From Camelus ferus (Eukaryota): a DNA stretch of 64,000 bases. The first letter of the stretch is position 1. The number at the start of each line of letters is the position of its first letter. This document shows, in pieces, positions 1-15,100 of the stretch. Under the pieces are notes generated by a model. It was not told where the DNA came from, made no database searches, and worked only from the letters and a program-made list of their open reading frames with translations. Where the stretch lies: positions 54,996,001 to 55,060,000 of the forward strand of contig NC_045707.1 in assembly GCF_009834535.1 (NCBI RefSeq), written 5' to 3'. The position numbers and the translations under genes were made by a program.

Positions 1-839
1 TATGTTATATAAAATAATGTTTTTGACAGCTTGCAAACAAGAATATATGAATTCTGTTAGAAGAGAAAAATTGTCATTGATTTAAAGATAAATTAGTTTC
101 TGTTGCTTACTTGTCTTTTTATATAAAAGTCAAAATACTTCTGTGACAGTCTTGAATGCATACTGTGCTACTATTTCCTATACATAATGATAATACATTC
201 CAACCTGTGATTTTCCTGAGGTTTATCATATCAACATGAAACTATGTGAATAAAACATGTCTATGACCTATGAAATGTTTCATAAATATTTGTGCTTTCA
301 TTAATTTATTTTTAATTTCCAAATGTATGCAAGAAGGGATTTTTGAGTATTGTAACAGCAAATAAAATGGCAAAATTTGGATGAGTGAATGAAAGGGAAG
401 TGGAGAAAAATGGGAAATAATAGTAAAACTCATAGTGGCATATAGATATACCTGTATCTATAAAAGAAAAGAGCCACAAATCTGATCATAAGCTTTCTCA
501 TTGTCATCATTGAATGGGAATATTTATCTATTATGAATGCACAGCATTAGTGGGATAAAATTATATTGATCCATCAGAGGATTTACAATAAATCTTAGTA
601 TTAGCATCAGTAGAAATTTTTCCCAGTAGCCTTCAGATAAATAATTTTTGTGTAGTTATAGTTAATTATTTGTTATTTTATGTTTACAATGTATTTTATA
701 ACAATCTTTTCTGATTTCAATTAAATATTGAAGAAATACAATACAATTTTTTCTAACATATGTGGAGGGTATAAAGTATGACAGTAATTCAGTCCCCTTT
801 GTAGCTATTACCCAACTTGAGAGAACCCATAACCATTTC

Positions 840-2700
840 ACTATGAGAACCCTTCTTACCAAAGGTTATGTTCTCTCTGAATTTTGTTTCCTCTGGCAAA
901 AAGCTTATTTCACCATATGAATTTGTTATACCAAATTATAGAGTATATATTTTTATGTTTTTTTGAAATATGTACAGATTGAATAGTATAATATTATATT
1001 TTCTTCTCTGATTTTCCCCTTAATAGTGTAATAATATGTTGAGATTCATGTTGATGATTTAGCTAAAGTTAATTTACTCTACTTCAGGAATATACCATTG
1101 TGTGTGTGTGTGTGTGTGTTTTCCTTTTGATATTTTCTCTTACAGACTTTTGCTGCTAAATATTACTAGCAAAAATTTCTCATATATATTTTCTAATATA
1201 CAAATAAAGACCGTCTTCTCCCCAACTTATATGTCTTAAAAAAAAGAACCTAAAAAGTAAAATATTGTCAAATTATTTTTCATCAGCATTTCTCTCTTCC
1301 ACATGCTTACCAACTATTGCAATATTTAGATTTTTCTTTTTGTTCTTTTTTTCTTTAAATATTTACTGATCTATTAAGTTTATGTGGAAACATTGTGGTT
1401 TTAGTTCCACTTCTGATTATAAATTAAGTAAAAAAATTTACATAATTCTTTCCACTTTTATGTCTTCAAATACCTTTAGAAAAATGTGTCCATTTCCTTA
1501 TGAGTTTTTTAATCTTTGCCTAAACATATATTATATATATATATATTCTATATATGTAAAATAGTGTAATGTAAAAGATATTACAGATACATATCACATT
1601 CTAGAATATATATAGCCCACATATTATGTGTATATATATATATATCATATTATTGGTATGAATCCCTTGTTAGGTTTGTGTGGCAAATGTCTATTTACCA
1701 GTGTGTGGCTTGTCTTTTCACTCTCCTTATGACGTCTTTAATGAATAGATGTTAGTAATTTTATAAGAGTAGAACTTATCAATATAATTTCTGTTGGTTT
1801 ATATCCTTTCACAACTAAAAATTACAGATTTGTGTGCATATACTGTATATGTGTAGAATACATAGTTTTAAGTTGCATAGATTTTCCTTTAACATTTAAG
1901 TTAATTAAACTATTTGGTTTTTTTTTTAGTATGATTTACTATTTATTGAGAAGGACTTTATTTCATTATTGATCTGCCCTGCCGACTGTCACTTATTGTG
2001 TTTCCATATAGACATTATCTTTCCTAATTTTTTTAGTGTGCTGTTTTCATCTATTCCTGTTGCAGTGCTATGCTGTATTAATTACTATAGCTTTATATTC
2101 TCAGGCCATATATCTTTGAATATATCATGATATTTATTCATTTTTAACTCCCAGTAGAACTCTGAGTTATTCTGTTAAATGTTCCTCTCTGATCTTCAGT
2201 TCTCTTTACTTTTATGATTTTTTCTTTATACAGTACACCAAATTTTTACATTTATTTTCCCTCTTAGTAATTACCTGTTTAATTGAAGCTAATCTTACAT
2301 TGAATGCTTGTATATTTCACTTCTAACATTTTTAATTTCTAGGAATTTTATTTGGTCTTGTCCATAACAGTTTGAATATTTTTATCATCCTCTTACCCTT
2401 GCTTTTTTCTTAAGCCATTCTTATTTTTTAAAAAGAGTAAATATATTTACTTAATAATCTCTGTCTAATAATTCTAACATCTCTGCATGTCTGCATTTAC
2501 TGTCTGAAGTTTCTTGGTTAGAGGACCTTGGTTCTGTGTATGCCTTGTGACTTGCTTTTTTCCATGTTTTACCTGTGAGAATCTGTGAGACATTCAGAGA
2601 AGTTATGCTTTTGCTTCTGCCAAGCCTATGAAGTATCACAAAGAACACTTTAAAGTGAAATATTTTCTAGAGATTTGGGGTAACAACATAGATTTAATGA
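840..2700 (-). mobile_element. Old L1 (L1ME/L1MD-like) fragments, antisense
   Basis: T-rich degenerate L1 3'/ORF2 antisense motifs, e.g. 'gtgtggcttgtcttttcactctcc', 'attactatagctttata'; boundaries approximate. Confidence 0.6.
1098..1118. repeat. (TG)n microsatellite
   Basis: Direct TG run. Confidence 0.9.
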
Positions 2701-5329
2701 AACTGGTTACTGTGGTTAGATGAGATCCATCTTATGATTATAATCTTTAGGATAGATTTTTTTTTTTACCCTTCAGAAAACCAAGATGCATATGAGACTG
2801 TCAGAATTCATTGCTTTCTTCTCCTGCGGAAGGAACTATTTCCTGACCTTTGTGGTCTATCTAATCTTTATATTAGGGGATTCTATTCAACCCTAGGAAA
2901 GCCCTAAATGTTATTTCTTGTCAGTTGCCTTAACCCCTTCTTTCCACTCCTCATACACCTCTCAAATTCAAATTTCAAGTGACCAGGGTTTATCAGAAAC
3001 CCTCTGGGTGGAAAGCCAGGCTCTGAATTCTGAATTTGCCTACTTCAAAAATCCCCCTCTTCACTTTGTTTGGCTTTTGCTATTTCCCTATGTTCTTGGT
3101 AACTTGGAAATGCATTTAAAATAAAAAATTCATATCATATAAAATACAGGATGTAAGAATTTTTAGCTGCTTAATGTGAATGTCATCCAGGGTATTCATC
3201 CAATCTGCAGTATTTTAAAAAATAGAAAATTTTCTTAATTTTATACCTATGTTTATGCCAAATATGACAGGAGATGCTTATTAGAGGACATACATTAGAA
3301 TAAATGTAAAATATGCATAAACATAACCAATATCAAAGAAAAAATACATAAAAAATATTAATTATACTCTCTAGCCTACTGGAAATTGTGGGAAAAAAGA
3401 GTCACATAGAATGATTTTCAACAGCATGAGCTAAAAATAAATCACATATTGTTTTTTTTCCGAAGTTTTGAAGAAATATTTCATTCAATCTTCACCTTTG
3501 TAACTGCTGACATTTTCCCCTCCTTTTTGTACATCTATAGATTATTTCTTCAACTTGAATGCAATTGACAAGACAGAGTACTTGTGAGGTCTTTTTCTTG
3601 TGCTGGCCTTTCTTATCTGCTTGACAGGTCATAGTGTCACATGAATAATTAAATATAAGAAACTGGGGCATACTTAGTCTACTTTTAAGGTTTTCTTTTT
3701 TCTTTCTCTCTTTTTTCTTCCTTTCTTCTTAAATCTTTTGAATTTAAACAAAGGACAGTTCCTTTGGAGATTTCACCACAATATATATACATGAATTGCA
3801 GAGGGGAGAAGCATATCCTAAGATGTAAAAATAAATGATTTTACTACAAATAATTCATCAGATACAGATACAGTTTTAGCAATCAATATCTATTTGGACA
3901 AAACATGTCCTTTGAACTTAAGATGATACTGTTCATTCCAGTAAAAAGATAGTCACACTATAGCAAAACACATCTGCTATTATTGTGTTGTTTTTGGCAA
4001 CAGTGAATATTGAGAAAGAAGATAGTTCTACAGTTCTTTGGTAGGTAAAATTATTTATCTTTTCTTCTGAGAGTGTAACTTCCATGATATGCTGAATATT
4101 TTGCAATAGATCTGTGTGCTGATTAAGACATAGTGAGGTTTTTCTTAAGTATTTGATTTGAAATATAAATTGATTTGACAGAATCTGTTACTTTGTGCAT
4201 TTCTTTCCAAGCAATATGCACATGTGGTTATATCTTTTTCCCTTTCTCCTAAGGTTGCCTTTGACCACCACTGAAATATTTACATAGAGAAAATCCTCTG
4301 TTGGTGAATACATTTCCCCCCTTTGGTTTTCCAGTGTATTCAGTTTTGGTATGCTAGGGAGAAAGAGAGAGAGGATATGAGAATTAATGATATAGAACAA
4401 CAAGTTTTCTTCTTCTTCCTCCTTTTTTTCCTTCTAAAATCATTGTGCTCGCACTTAGACACAATTGCACCACAGAAAATTTTACTGGTGTTTATTCTAT
4501 ATAGTAGGCTGACAATCCTTTATAATCAATAAAAAGTAGTCACTTTGTCCCCCTGGTAACTTAAACTCTTTAAAACTGATTGCAACAGTGAGACTACAAT
4601 CTGAAATAATTTTATAATAACATGAAGATGTAGGTTACATCACTTTCACTATTAAAGTTTGAGGTATCTAGTGCCTTAGTTTATAGTTTTTACACTATTT
4701 ACTCAAAGTGAATGAATTTTTCAAAGTGAAAATACATGCTATTTCAAAATAATGTTACCATGTCAAAACACGTCTCTAGCTATCTAAATGAAGAATCTTA
4801 ATGTGACAGGGAAGAAATTTTGCTATGGACTAATGATGTTATTATAAGGCAGACAAGGAATTCATTGCTTCATACAATAGATGTGTTTTTGAAAACATCT
4901 GGTAAAAATGGACATTTTAAAAACTGAATTATTTAATGCTCTAAGGAGTTGCCATTTGAAAACAATCTGATATAAATTTAAAGAGAATGTGGTATAAATC
5001 TCATTTATAAGAAAATAATCAGTACTCTTGTACATTACATTTTTTTTAACAGTGAATCTCTCCTTATGGAGATTTAGGTTCAAAATAAACAATTAATGTA
5101 ACACTTTAACAATTTCTAAACTTATACTAGGGCTTTCATTTGTGGTATTATGAGATTTGTATTATAAAATAAACAGAATTGGTATGTTTTATTTAGGACT
5201 TTTGTTCTCCTTTGTGCTTGCTAATGAGTAACTCGATCAATTGTTTAAGATATCAACACACACTGAAAGATCTGAAAGATTTCTGAGGCCCCCACCCCTC
5301 CTCAAGGCACAAAGAACAGAAATAGCACT

Positions 5330-5830
5330 TACCTTAGCCTAAATTTTTCTTGAAGTAAATCTTGAGAAAATATGGGCTAAGAGAGCAAAAGTGCAAGACA
5401 TGGGGTGTGGAAATGAGAAAGATGAAAAAGCCAACACAAGGATAATATATGGGCTGGACCACTGCTCAGGCAACTGGTGTTTTATCTCATGAGGATCTTG
5501 TTAGAGGCCTTATACAAGACATCTCACAAATGTCTACCTGATGGAACAAAATGAGGATGTATTCATCCATTTGTTTCCATAACTAATTGGTCAAAAGTGA
5601 CTCCATGGTGTTTGATTACCGCACATTTCTGATTTGAATATATGTAAATGATGGGCAAATTCTCTTGTGTGTCCCTGCCGCAGTTTCAGGGAAACACTGG
5701 AGCAGGAAGCACCTCTTGCTCGAGGTGAGGTACTATCAAATTACTTCTGCTTGAAACTGGTCAAAATCTTCTTTAAGCTGTTACTGTAGCAGTGGCTGGA
5801 GTGTAAGATGGAACAAGAAGATTTTAAAGT
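5330..5830 (-). mobile_element. Ancient ERVL-type LTR fragment (LTR33/LTR16-like)
   Basis: 'aagccaacacaagg...accactgctcaggcaactgg' resembles the recalled reverse ERVL LTR consensus; heavily diverged. Confidence 0.4.
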
Positions 5831-6113
5831 TCTTATAAGAGTTGTACAAAAGAAACCTCTGATGTTCTTCTTAGATTTCAGTTTGATTTTGCTGTGCAAA
5901 AGACAACCAAGATAGACTGTACAAAGTTAGGCATAAACATGCATCTTTTCAGTTAAACCTGAATGTTCCTCAACTACCCTCCCACCGCTTCCAGAATTCC
6001 TTCCAGTGCTGACATCTTGTGGCATACTAGAACTAAATTTACTTGATGTTGTTATTGCAAATACATTTTCATATTTTGCAAATGCTTTTTAAATTAGACA
6101 TCTAAAAAAATTC

Positions 6114-6479
6114 ACATGTGATGTCATTCATATGTGGAATCTAAAAAAAAAAAGAGGGAAAAAAGGACATGGTGAACTCATCTACAAAACAGAAATAGAC
6201 TCACAGACATAGTAGCAGTCTTATGGTTACTGGGAAAAGGGGGTGGGAAGGGATGAATTTGGGAGTTTGAGATTTCCAAATGTTAGCCATTATATATAAA
6301 AATAGATTTAAAAAAAAACAAGTTTCTTCTGTGTAGCACAGGGAATTAAATTCAATATGTTATAATAACCTTTACTGAAAATGAAAATGAATATATATAT
6401 GTATATGCATGACTGGGACGTTGTGCTGTACACCAGAAATTGACACATTGCAACTGACTGTACTTCAATTAAAAAAAAT
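6114..6479 (+). mobile_element. 5'-truncated lineage-specific L1 3' UTR
   Basis: 'tatgtggaatctaaaa...acagaaatagactcacagacatag...gtagcacaggga...tgctgtacaccagaaattgacaca...tacttcaattaaaaaaaa' is a typical artiodactyl L1 3' end with an A tail. Confidence 0.9.
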
Positions 6480-6744
6480 ATCTTGACTCATTTAAATGTA
6501 ATTATAGCAAGGAAGATTTTTGTGTGTTTTTAACAAAGGAACCTAATTTCTCTATTTGGCATTTAAATTAATATTATATATATTAAAATTGCAAACTTTA
6601 AAAACAAATTTCTCCAATTCTTTCTATCTCAAATTTTATACAAAGATTTATCATAATAGGTGGAGTTGGTCTTCTGTTTCTTATGAAATTAAATATAGTT
6701 GAGCTGGGAAATTTACATTAAAATTTATACCACTTAAAAATATA

Positions 6745-6874
6745 GTTAAAAAGAATCTGAAAATAATATATATTATATATATATATAACTGTAAATGTTT
6801 ATATACATATACTGTACACCTGAAACATTGTAAATCAACTACACTTCAATTAAAAAATAAAAATGTAAAAAAAA
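6745..6874 (+). mobile_element. Extreme 3' tip of artiodactyl L1
   Basis: 'ctgtacacctgaaacattgtaaatcaactacacttcaattaaaaaataaaa'. Confidence 0.8.
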
Positions 6875-8169
6875 GCAAATAAAACATTGCCATTTAAGGG
6901 ACTTTGGAAATACTAGCTCCCTATGTAATTCTCTTGTACTTTTGGATCTGATAGTTCTAATTCTTTCTTTGACATTCTTTAAAATTAAGTGATATTTCTT
7001 TCATTAATCTCGAGGTTCTCTTTGAGGTTTTTTTTATTGATCTTGGACACCCACTGAGTATTAAAGTCCTTCTTGAATGTTTTAGCATCATCACCTCAAA
7101 TATTTTGAAGGGCAGCCCCTCCTTTACCAAGCATGGAATCAGGAAGCCTGAAGATCTGAAATAAGATTCCTATACCTGTGAGTCATAGGACTAAAATGGT
7201 GATATGAGAATAATTATTATAAGTAGACTTCTCCCATTTAGCTATTTGGAAGTTGTGTACATAGTTTTTAAATGGCAGAATCCATTGGCTAGACGTGAGG
7301 TTGGCTCTCTGAAAACTCCCTGTTTGACTGGCTTTGTGACAATTTATTGAACCGTTAAGTCCTGATCATTCAGAAGTTAGTGGAAATTACTCTTACCTTT
7401 CTAAGTAAATTTCAGTTAAGAATTCTTAAAATATCTCTTTCCTTGGTATTATTAAGAAGAGTTTTAAGACCATAATTTTAAAAATACATTTTAAATCTCA
7501 TTTTCTCCTGTATTATAAAATTATATATAGCTGAGATGAAAATTGACACCCTTAATGACTTTCTGTTCCAATTCTGTAATACATACTCAAATGAGTGTAG
7601 CAGATTGTGATTCTTCTTTTTTTCATACCTTCCCCAAGACTTAAGTATTTATAACATGTAAAGAATGTATGCTTCTTTCAAAAGCATTTTCTGAAATTCC
7701 AAGGCAATAAAGAGGTTATGAGAAGAAACGTGAACCAAATACAAGCTTCCAAGCAGGAAAGTTATGCCATGTTTAGGAGCATGGACTTTTCACCTGATTA
7801 GTTTGAAGTGTTGTATATGGAGACAACAGCATTTCACATTCTCCCAAGCTGTAGATTTCCCACATGATGATGTTATCATAGCAGTTATAAAATACCTTTC
7901 ATTTATAATACTTTATAATTACAAATTACTTTCCCTTTCTCACTGCCTTTAAGGACCACAAAACAAATGTAAGATTATTATTATCTACATTGTACAGAAA
8001 AAAAAAAAACTGTCTTGAGGCTATAAAATGATGAGTCATGTAGCTAACAAGTCGTATATAGGAACATTCTTTCTTACATGAATAAAATAAGTAAGCATGA
8101 AAACAAAATTGATAGGTATCACCATCTTAATTATTGATTAATAGTAATAATTCATGGAATTATTAGCAA

Positions 8170-8760
8170 GGAACTAGGTCTTGTTAAAGAGTTGATTCCA
8201 GGGTTGGCACTGGGAAAGTAAAAGATGGTTGGATCATCTTGTGGTACAAAACCATAAGGAAATATTCAAAAAAAAAAAAAAAAAAGAATTAGGGCATGCC
8301 AAAATGGCAAAAAAGCCAACCTGAAAGAGTTGGAACAATTTGAACAACAAAATAAAATAAGTAGTAAGTTATACATGTGTCCAATACTATTATGAATAAA
8401 TAATTGAATAAATAAATGGATTCTCCTGTACAGAATAATTCTAATTAACAATGTAGAAGAAATGAAAAATTTTAAAAATCACCATTAGAACACCATAGTG
8501 AGCATTATTTTAGGTAAGATCCACTGATGGATAGTAAAATTAGCAATGTTTTTGAGAGAAACAGGAGAGCACTTAACATAATCTCAAAGAATCTCTCCTA
8601 AGATATGTATTAATTACAAAGGATAACATAGTGACTTTAAAGTGGAGAAAAAGCAGATACCACCTTAACCACAAAGTTGATGTTAACAGCAGCAATAGTA
8701 AAACAAATAGATATCACAGATTCCCTGATATGATACCCTGAAAAGGTAGTGTCATTTGCA
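8170..8760 (+). mobile_element. L1MC-type 3' UTR fragment
   Basis: 'gattccagggttggc...gccaacctgaaagag...taattacaaaggataacatagtgactttaaagtggagaaa...caccttaacca' matches recalled L1MC3/4 3' UTR motifs. Confidence 0.7.
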
Positions 8761-8814
8761 TTTGTCTGAGTTTGGTTTGTTTTTTTGTTTTTTTTGGTTT
8801 TTTTTTTGGATTTT

Positions 8815-9350
8815 GTTTTTGTTTTTGTTTTATTTTTCATGATGAGACTGGGGATGTGGGGTGTCAGAGAGGAAGATCACAGAGGAAAAGTATGTTTTCA
8901 TCACCTCTCATTAAGAACAACCTATCAATATGATTTATGACTACTGATGTTGACCTTGTTTATCTGGGTGAGGCAGTGGCTGGCAGGTTTCTCTACTGCA
9001 GTTTCAACTTTTCTCCCTTCCATGCTGTGGTTTTTGGAAGGAAGTCACAATGAACAGCACACACTAGAGGAGTAGAAAGTGATGCTTCACCACCTTGAGG
9101 ATGGAGTAACTTCATACTTTATTTGAAGTTCTGCATCAGAGATTTGTCTTTTCCCCCGACTTTTTCGACTCATTTATTAATATATTGATTTAAAACACTA
9201 TGGACTCATGACTATTTATTGTATACTTTGGATTATAATCCAATACTATTTCATTTATTGTGTTACTAAAATTGTTCCAATTTAGAAGATTGAAGGTTCT
9301 TTTATTTTTATCCCGTATTAATTTGACATACCTCCATCACTGTGAGTTTG
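8815..9350 (-). mobile_element. L1MD/L1MC 3' UTR fragment, antisense
   Basis: 'gatgttgaccttg...ggcaggtttctctactg...tttggaaggaagtcac' motifs. Confidence 0.7.
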
Positions 9351-9389
9351 GATTTTGCTTTGTTTATTGAGCATGTTTGTATTCTCTTT

Positions 9390-12050
9390 AATCTACATTA
9401 TGAAATATGTGTGCAGAGAGTTGTTCATATTATTCCTTTATTATCCTTTTAATGTCCATTGGATTAGTAGTGATTGGTTCCTCTTTCATTTTTGATGTTA
9501 GTAATTTGTGTCTTCTCTCCTTTTTCTTAGTTAACCTGGCTAGAGATTCTTTTATTAATCTTTTTTTAAAGAATCAACTTTTGTTTTCATTGATGTTCTT
9601 TTTTTTCCCCATTTTAAGTTTCACTGATTGCTGGCTTAATATGTATTATTTATTTTCTTCTGCTTGTATTAGGCTTAAATTGCTCTTCTTTCTCTAGGTT
9701 CCTAAAGCTCAAGCTTAGGTTTTTCATTTTAGATCGTCCTTCTTTTTTAATATATGCACTTAATATTCTAAATTTATCTCTAAGCCCTGTTTTAACTGCA
9801 TCCCACAGTTTTTGATTAGTTGTATTTCCATTTTTATTTGGTTCAAAATATTTTTTAATCTTGAGATTTTTTTCATTTACATTTCATTAAGTGGTGTGTT
9901 ATTTAATATTTGTTGTAAACACAGATGCCAGATGTTTCAATTTGCTCCAGTGTCCTTGACTGGTGTTCTCCATTGATTATTATTAATATGAATGTTATTA
10001 TGAAGTGTCCTTACTATATTTGGATTACCCTTGGAATTCCTCTTTAGAAAGAAACTGTGTCTTGTAGCTCGAAATTTCAGCCATTACCCACAGTTGGTAT
10101 CCTTAAGGTCTGTTGATGTGTCGATAAGGGAAGTGATCTACAGTCTTATAATTAAATATTAGTCATTTAGTGGGCCTGTGTGCGTGGACTATGATCTTCA
10201 CGAATATTTCTTAATCCTCCCTTTAGGTACATAGGAGGACTACAGGTGCTGCAGTTGGCTAATTTCTTCTCTCTGTGTAAGGGTAAGTCTTGTGTAATGT
10301 CTTTTTCCCTGTGAAGAAGGCTTTTGTTATAGAGAATGTTCTGGGTGTATTTCAGAATGGTTACATTTCCCATACCTTTGCCATGAGCACAAGGGTATTT
10401 TTCTTGGTTCTGCATCATGAGAACTTGGTGGAGTTCCTGGAGTTAAAACCTACAGAAAGAACCCTGATGCTGTGCCCAGCCCCCCAGGAGTTTCTCACTC
10501 TCATGCTCTCAAGAACTCACTCTCACATTGAGCTTCCAGTAATTCATCAAAACTGCCACTTACAGGTTCCTACAAGAATATAGTTTCGGCTGCTTCTGCT
10601 CAAAGTAGTTGATCTCATCTGTGATTCTCAGTATTAGTATTTGCCTCTCCTTCAGTTTGGTGGTGTTAGTTTATGATAGTTTGTTATGAAACACCAATTC
10701 TTTCATTCTTTCATGGGTCCAAGAAAGCAACATTAATTATCAGCTTATTCAGCTTTTTTTTTTTAACTTGTAAGGAAAGAGTGATGACTACTCAAGTGAA
10801 TTTTATTAATTTGTGTCTTTTCAGTTATTTGTTTACTTTTTAATTTGCATTATTTATTGTCCTAATCATATTTGTTATCACTTTAATGTTTGTTGGATAC
10901 GCATTGATATTCCTATTTTTTCAAGTTTTCATGTTATGTATCTTTTCTTCTTGTCATAGTCTTACCAAATTAGGTTTTGTTTCATTGGTACTCTCTATTT
11001 TTTGTCTATTTTCTATTTCCTTGACATTTGCACTTACATTTATTACTTGTTCTATCTGCTTAATTTGGGTTTTGCATGGTATTCTTTTATTCATTTTTGA
11101 AAGTGGGAGCTTAATTTTTTTATTTTAGGTCTCTCTTCCTTTCTTCCTTTTTTCTCTTTCTCTCCCTTCCTCCTTCCCTTTACTTTCCTTCTCTCCTTTT
11201 CTTTTTCTTTCTTTCTCTCTGATATAAACATTTAAAACCACAAACTTTCCTGTGAGCATTGTTTAGAAAATACCCTATGAATTTTGATAAATGTTATATG
11301 CATTATTCACCTTAAAATACTTTAAGGTTTCTTTGCCATTATTTGATCCATGAATTATTTAGAAGTAAATTGTTAATATCTAAAAGTTGACTTTTACTTA
11401 TAATCTTATTATTAGTGACTTCTAATTTAATTTCCTTGTGGTCAAAGAATATACTCTGTTTTTCAATTTATTGAGACTTGTTTCATGGTGTAATGTATTG
11501 TCTAATTTGGCAATAGTACAGTTTCCACTACATGTTGTTGCATATAGTGTCATAAATGTGGTACTTTTTTATCCATGTTTATTACTTAGTTGATTTTCAT
11601 CTAGAAAATTTAAAAATTACTGACAGGAGGGTTTTAATGTCTCCAATTATGCTTATGGATTGTCTGTTTCTAATTCTGTCCATTTTTGCTATGTGTTTTT
11701 AGTTTCTGTGCTATTAGATACATCCATTTTTAAGATTTTATATTTTTCTGATTGACAGTTTATTATTTATTTAATACTATTATATAGTATATAGTATTAT
11801 ATAGATATAATATGAAATGTATTATATCTGATAATGATAGGCCACTATGACCTACTTCTGCCTTTTGTACTGTTTGTGTAGTAGATTTTTTCATAATCAT
11901 TTATTTTTAGCCTGTGTATGTTTTTATATTTAAAGTGTGTCTCATTTAGTAAACACATATCTGGGTATTGGTGTTTTTGTAGTAGTTGTTTTAGCCTAGT
12001 CTGATAATTTCTGTTGCTTAATTTGTATATATAGTACATTAACCTTTTTT
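9390..12050 (-). mobile_element. Old L1M fragments (ORF2 and 5' region), including an ORF2 endonuclease remnant
   Basis: ORF 11845-12039 '...PDMCLLNETHFKYKNIHRLKINDYEKIYYTN' resembles the L1 ORF2 endonuclease motif (CCLQETHFKYKD..RLK..GW.KIY.AN); 9390-9900 has antisense ORF2 motifs ('tttaactgcatcccacag'); probably more than one element. Confidence 0.8.
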
Positions 12051-12077
12051 TAATTTGGGGGGAGAAATTTCTTTCTT

Positions 12078-12182
12078 CTTTTTTAAACCACTTTCTTAAG
12101 ATATGATTGGCATAAAAAAAAACTGCATGTATTTAATGTATACAATTTGATGAGTTTGGAGATAAGTACATACTTGTGAAAT
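12078..12182 (-). mobile_element. L1MB/MA 3' end, antisense
   Basis: T tract then 'aactgcatgtatttaatgtatacaatttgatgagtttgga'. Confidence 0.7.
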
Positions 12183-15100
12183 TGCTTTGAGTTGCATTAT
12201 ATTTCTCTGATGGTTATTGTTTCCTTTGTGTATTACCTGTGCTTAAACTTCATACTGTTTCACAAATGGAAGATGCTTCAGTGTCAGCTCGGCTCCTTTG
12301 CTTTTAGGTGAGCTACTCTGAGTCTGTTCTATGACTCAGAGGTCAGTGATAAATATAGGTAGTCAGGATTTGAGTGTCCTTTCTCTGGCTCTTTTGTTTC
12401 CAGGATTCCGCCACTGACTGTAGTGATAGTTTTCCACTGACAGTTTTCTGGTTCCCCTGATCAGAAAGAGTTTTCAACCAGTGTTTTTGAACCAGTGCTG
12501 CTGCTGATAGTGAACTGCCATGTGAGAAGCAGTTAGTCTCAGGCTAAATGGGGAACTAACCTCATACTTTTTGTCTTCTCTAGGCACAGATTCTCCAGTA
12601 TTTGTCTGCTTCCGTTAGTATCTAGTCACTTCAGGTTATTTTCTAATAGGTCAAGGTTTTATAGTTGTTTCTGTAGTGAAAGTTCTCTAGTCAGGTCTTA
12701 CTACAGAATAACAGGAAGTCAAAAGTTGAGAAATGCTTTACATGGTAGAAGTCATACAAAAGTTGTGTTTATTTACTAAAAACAAATATGATGAAGACAA
12801 GAGTGTAAACTGTTTAATTTTCAAGGGGAAATAAAAGACTATTTCATGTTAGAAGGTATTATTTAGTATATTGTTAATATTATTCATAATATGCTGAAGT
12901 ATGCTATTGTAGTTAGACATCGAACTGTACCCCCATTCCCTAAGGGACTAGCTTGTTTCCTAGAGTAGAATGATAGAAGCCATTTTATATTATACATTAT
13001 GCTGAATGTAGAGAAAGAAAATCACCAAGGAATAATCAGATAGTGCCATCCAAGAACTTGAAATGCTTACATGATTTACAAAACCTATTTGTAGAATTCT
13101 TTTTTTGTAACTACCGTTTGCCGTGGGGGTGGGGGAACGCAGTTCTCATCAGAAAATAAATTGAATGTTTAAAACTTGAAATAATTTATTCAATATATCT
13201 ACATGTCAGTAGTAAACAATTCTAGAAATGTCTAGTAACAGTTTATATTGCTCAAATAGGCAAGTATTCTGTGATACTCAAAAAAGTCATTTCACATACA
13301 CCATTTTGATCTTCACGACATCCATTTCATTCTACTTTGGTTGACTTTCTATATATTATTTTGAAGGTTACCTATCGGTAAGTAGGCATTACATAATTAT
13401 ATCTGTAGTGGGTATATAAAACCATGAGAGAGAGAACATTTTTCAGACTTTCTGTAACTTAATTCAAATCAAATTAAAGATTTAGATGGTCACAGATGGG
13501 ATTCCAAAGACCCTTTATGCTATTTATAGTATCAGTTGTTATAACATGAATTCTTTGACCAATTTAAAAAAATTGTAGACTGCTATGGCTGAATTCCTTT
13601 TCTTCTAACATGTAAATATAAACTTAAAATCACAAAGCTCACTTCCGTGGGAAACCATAAAAGGGAGGAAAAGTCATAAGTTACATTAACTGTAGAACAT
13701 TTGTTTAAGAGATTTTAGGATTATTATTTTTAATGCAACAAACTGTGTCATATCTCTAGGAAATAGGATTATATTTTAACCCTAAAATTAATTTTGAAGT
13801 TGCAATAATGCAGTTAGCCAGTTGTGATTTTTGTGACTTTGGCCCAAGAACGTATTTATCTTCCTGAAGCCTGTGTTTTCCAGGTTTTCAAATATTTTCC
13901 AAACTCCTCATATTTGTTTGTAAGGTTTAGTTATGTGTGTATGTTACATACACAGCACAGTGGATTTGTTAATAAGGCTTTTAATGTCTCTTATGTAGTT
14001 TTTGTGTAAATTAGAGCAATACTCAGTACTATGACTAATATACAAGGTTATTTTGAGAATCAACTGTGGTAAATGTAGGGGGAAGTATTTTGAAAACAAA
14101 ACCACTACACAAGTGTTCGTAATTATACGATTCTGTAATCTTTTTCCTGAATTGGAATCACTGGCTTTTTGCTGGAGTTGTCTTCTCAGTACCCATGAGA
14201 CTCATCAGAACCGGTTCTCATTATTCCATTTCTCACAGTGGGCAGTACCTCCATCAGTCAAAGTTCCATCACTACCCTTAGGTTTAAGAGCTTGAGTTGC
14301 TGTTTCTCAGCAAGTATTTCAGTCTATATTTACATTTCACTCTGTCACTGTTCTCTGATAAAACAATGTATTCTATGCAACTATTCAATTTCACCCTGAA
14401 GAAAGACCAAAATTTAATTTAATCATATCACAGAGCTCCTTTCTGAGGTTACCATTACCACCTGAAAGTAATCTTGTGCTTATCTAGGGAGCTTGTTATA
14501 TACCACGGGCCTCTTTTAATTAAAAATACATACTTTACAATGTTCAGACTACATTTTAAACTATGTTTTAACAGGCAAGGGACTATTACAACTTAAGTAA
14601 GATGTACTGTCTTGCTAGTGAATATAGATTATTTTATTTTCTCTGAGTATTCGATTTCAATTTTATTTGGGGTATGTGCATTTAATGTATACATGAGTAA
14701 TGTGAGTAAAATGTACTCAAGTGGGAAGAATTATTTTGTTTATTAGTAAACTCTAGTGATAAACATCTCTCTTTGATAACTAGAATATAGCTGTATTCTT
14801 AATAAAAGTATTAGAATTAGCATTTATTTTCAAAGTAATACAAAGCCAACATTTGAGTATATTTTGAGTTTAAGAAGATTGTCTTTTTCATTTCCTTGTG
14901 ACTTCTCTTCTGAAGCTTCCCACTTTTACTCTTAGAAAAAAAATAATTCCCTCAAACACCTAGTAGAAAAAAAAAAAAAAGAAAAACCAAAAGCCAAAAA
15001 CCAACCAACCAACCAAAAAAGCTCAAAAATTTTGGAAGACACTAAAATTATTGAAGTAAACTGTCTTATGCTCAAAAGTTTAAAAATAAGTAAAGCAAAT

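Noticed and set aside
14560..14610. Plus-strand 22-nt mini-exon (aacag|GCAAGG...TTAA|gtaaga)
   Set aside because: Isolated splice-like motifs occur often by chance, and there is no partner exon or recognisable peptide
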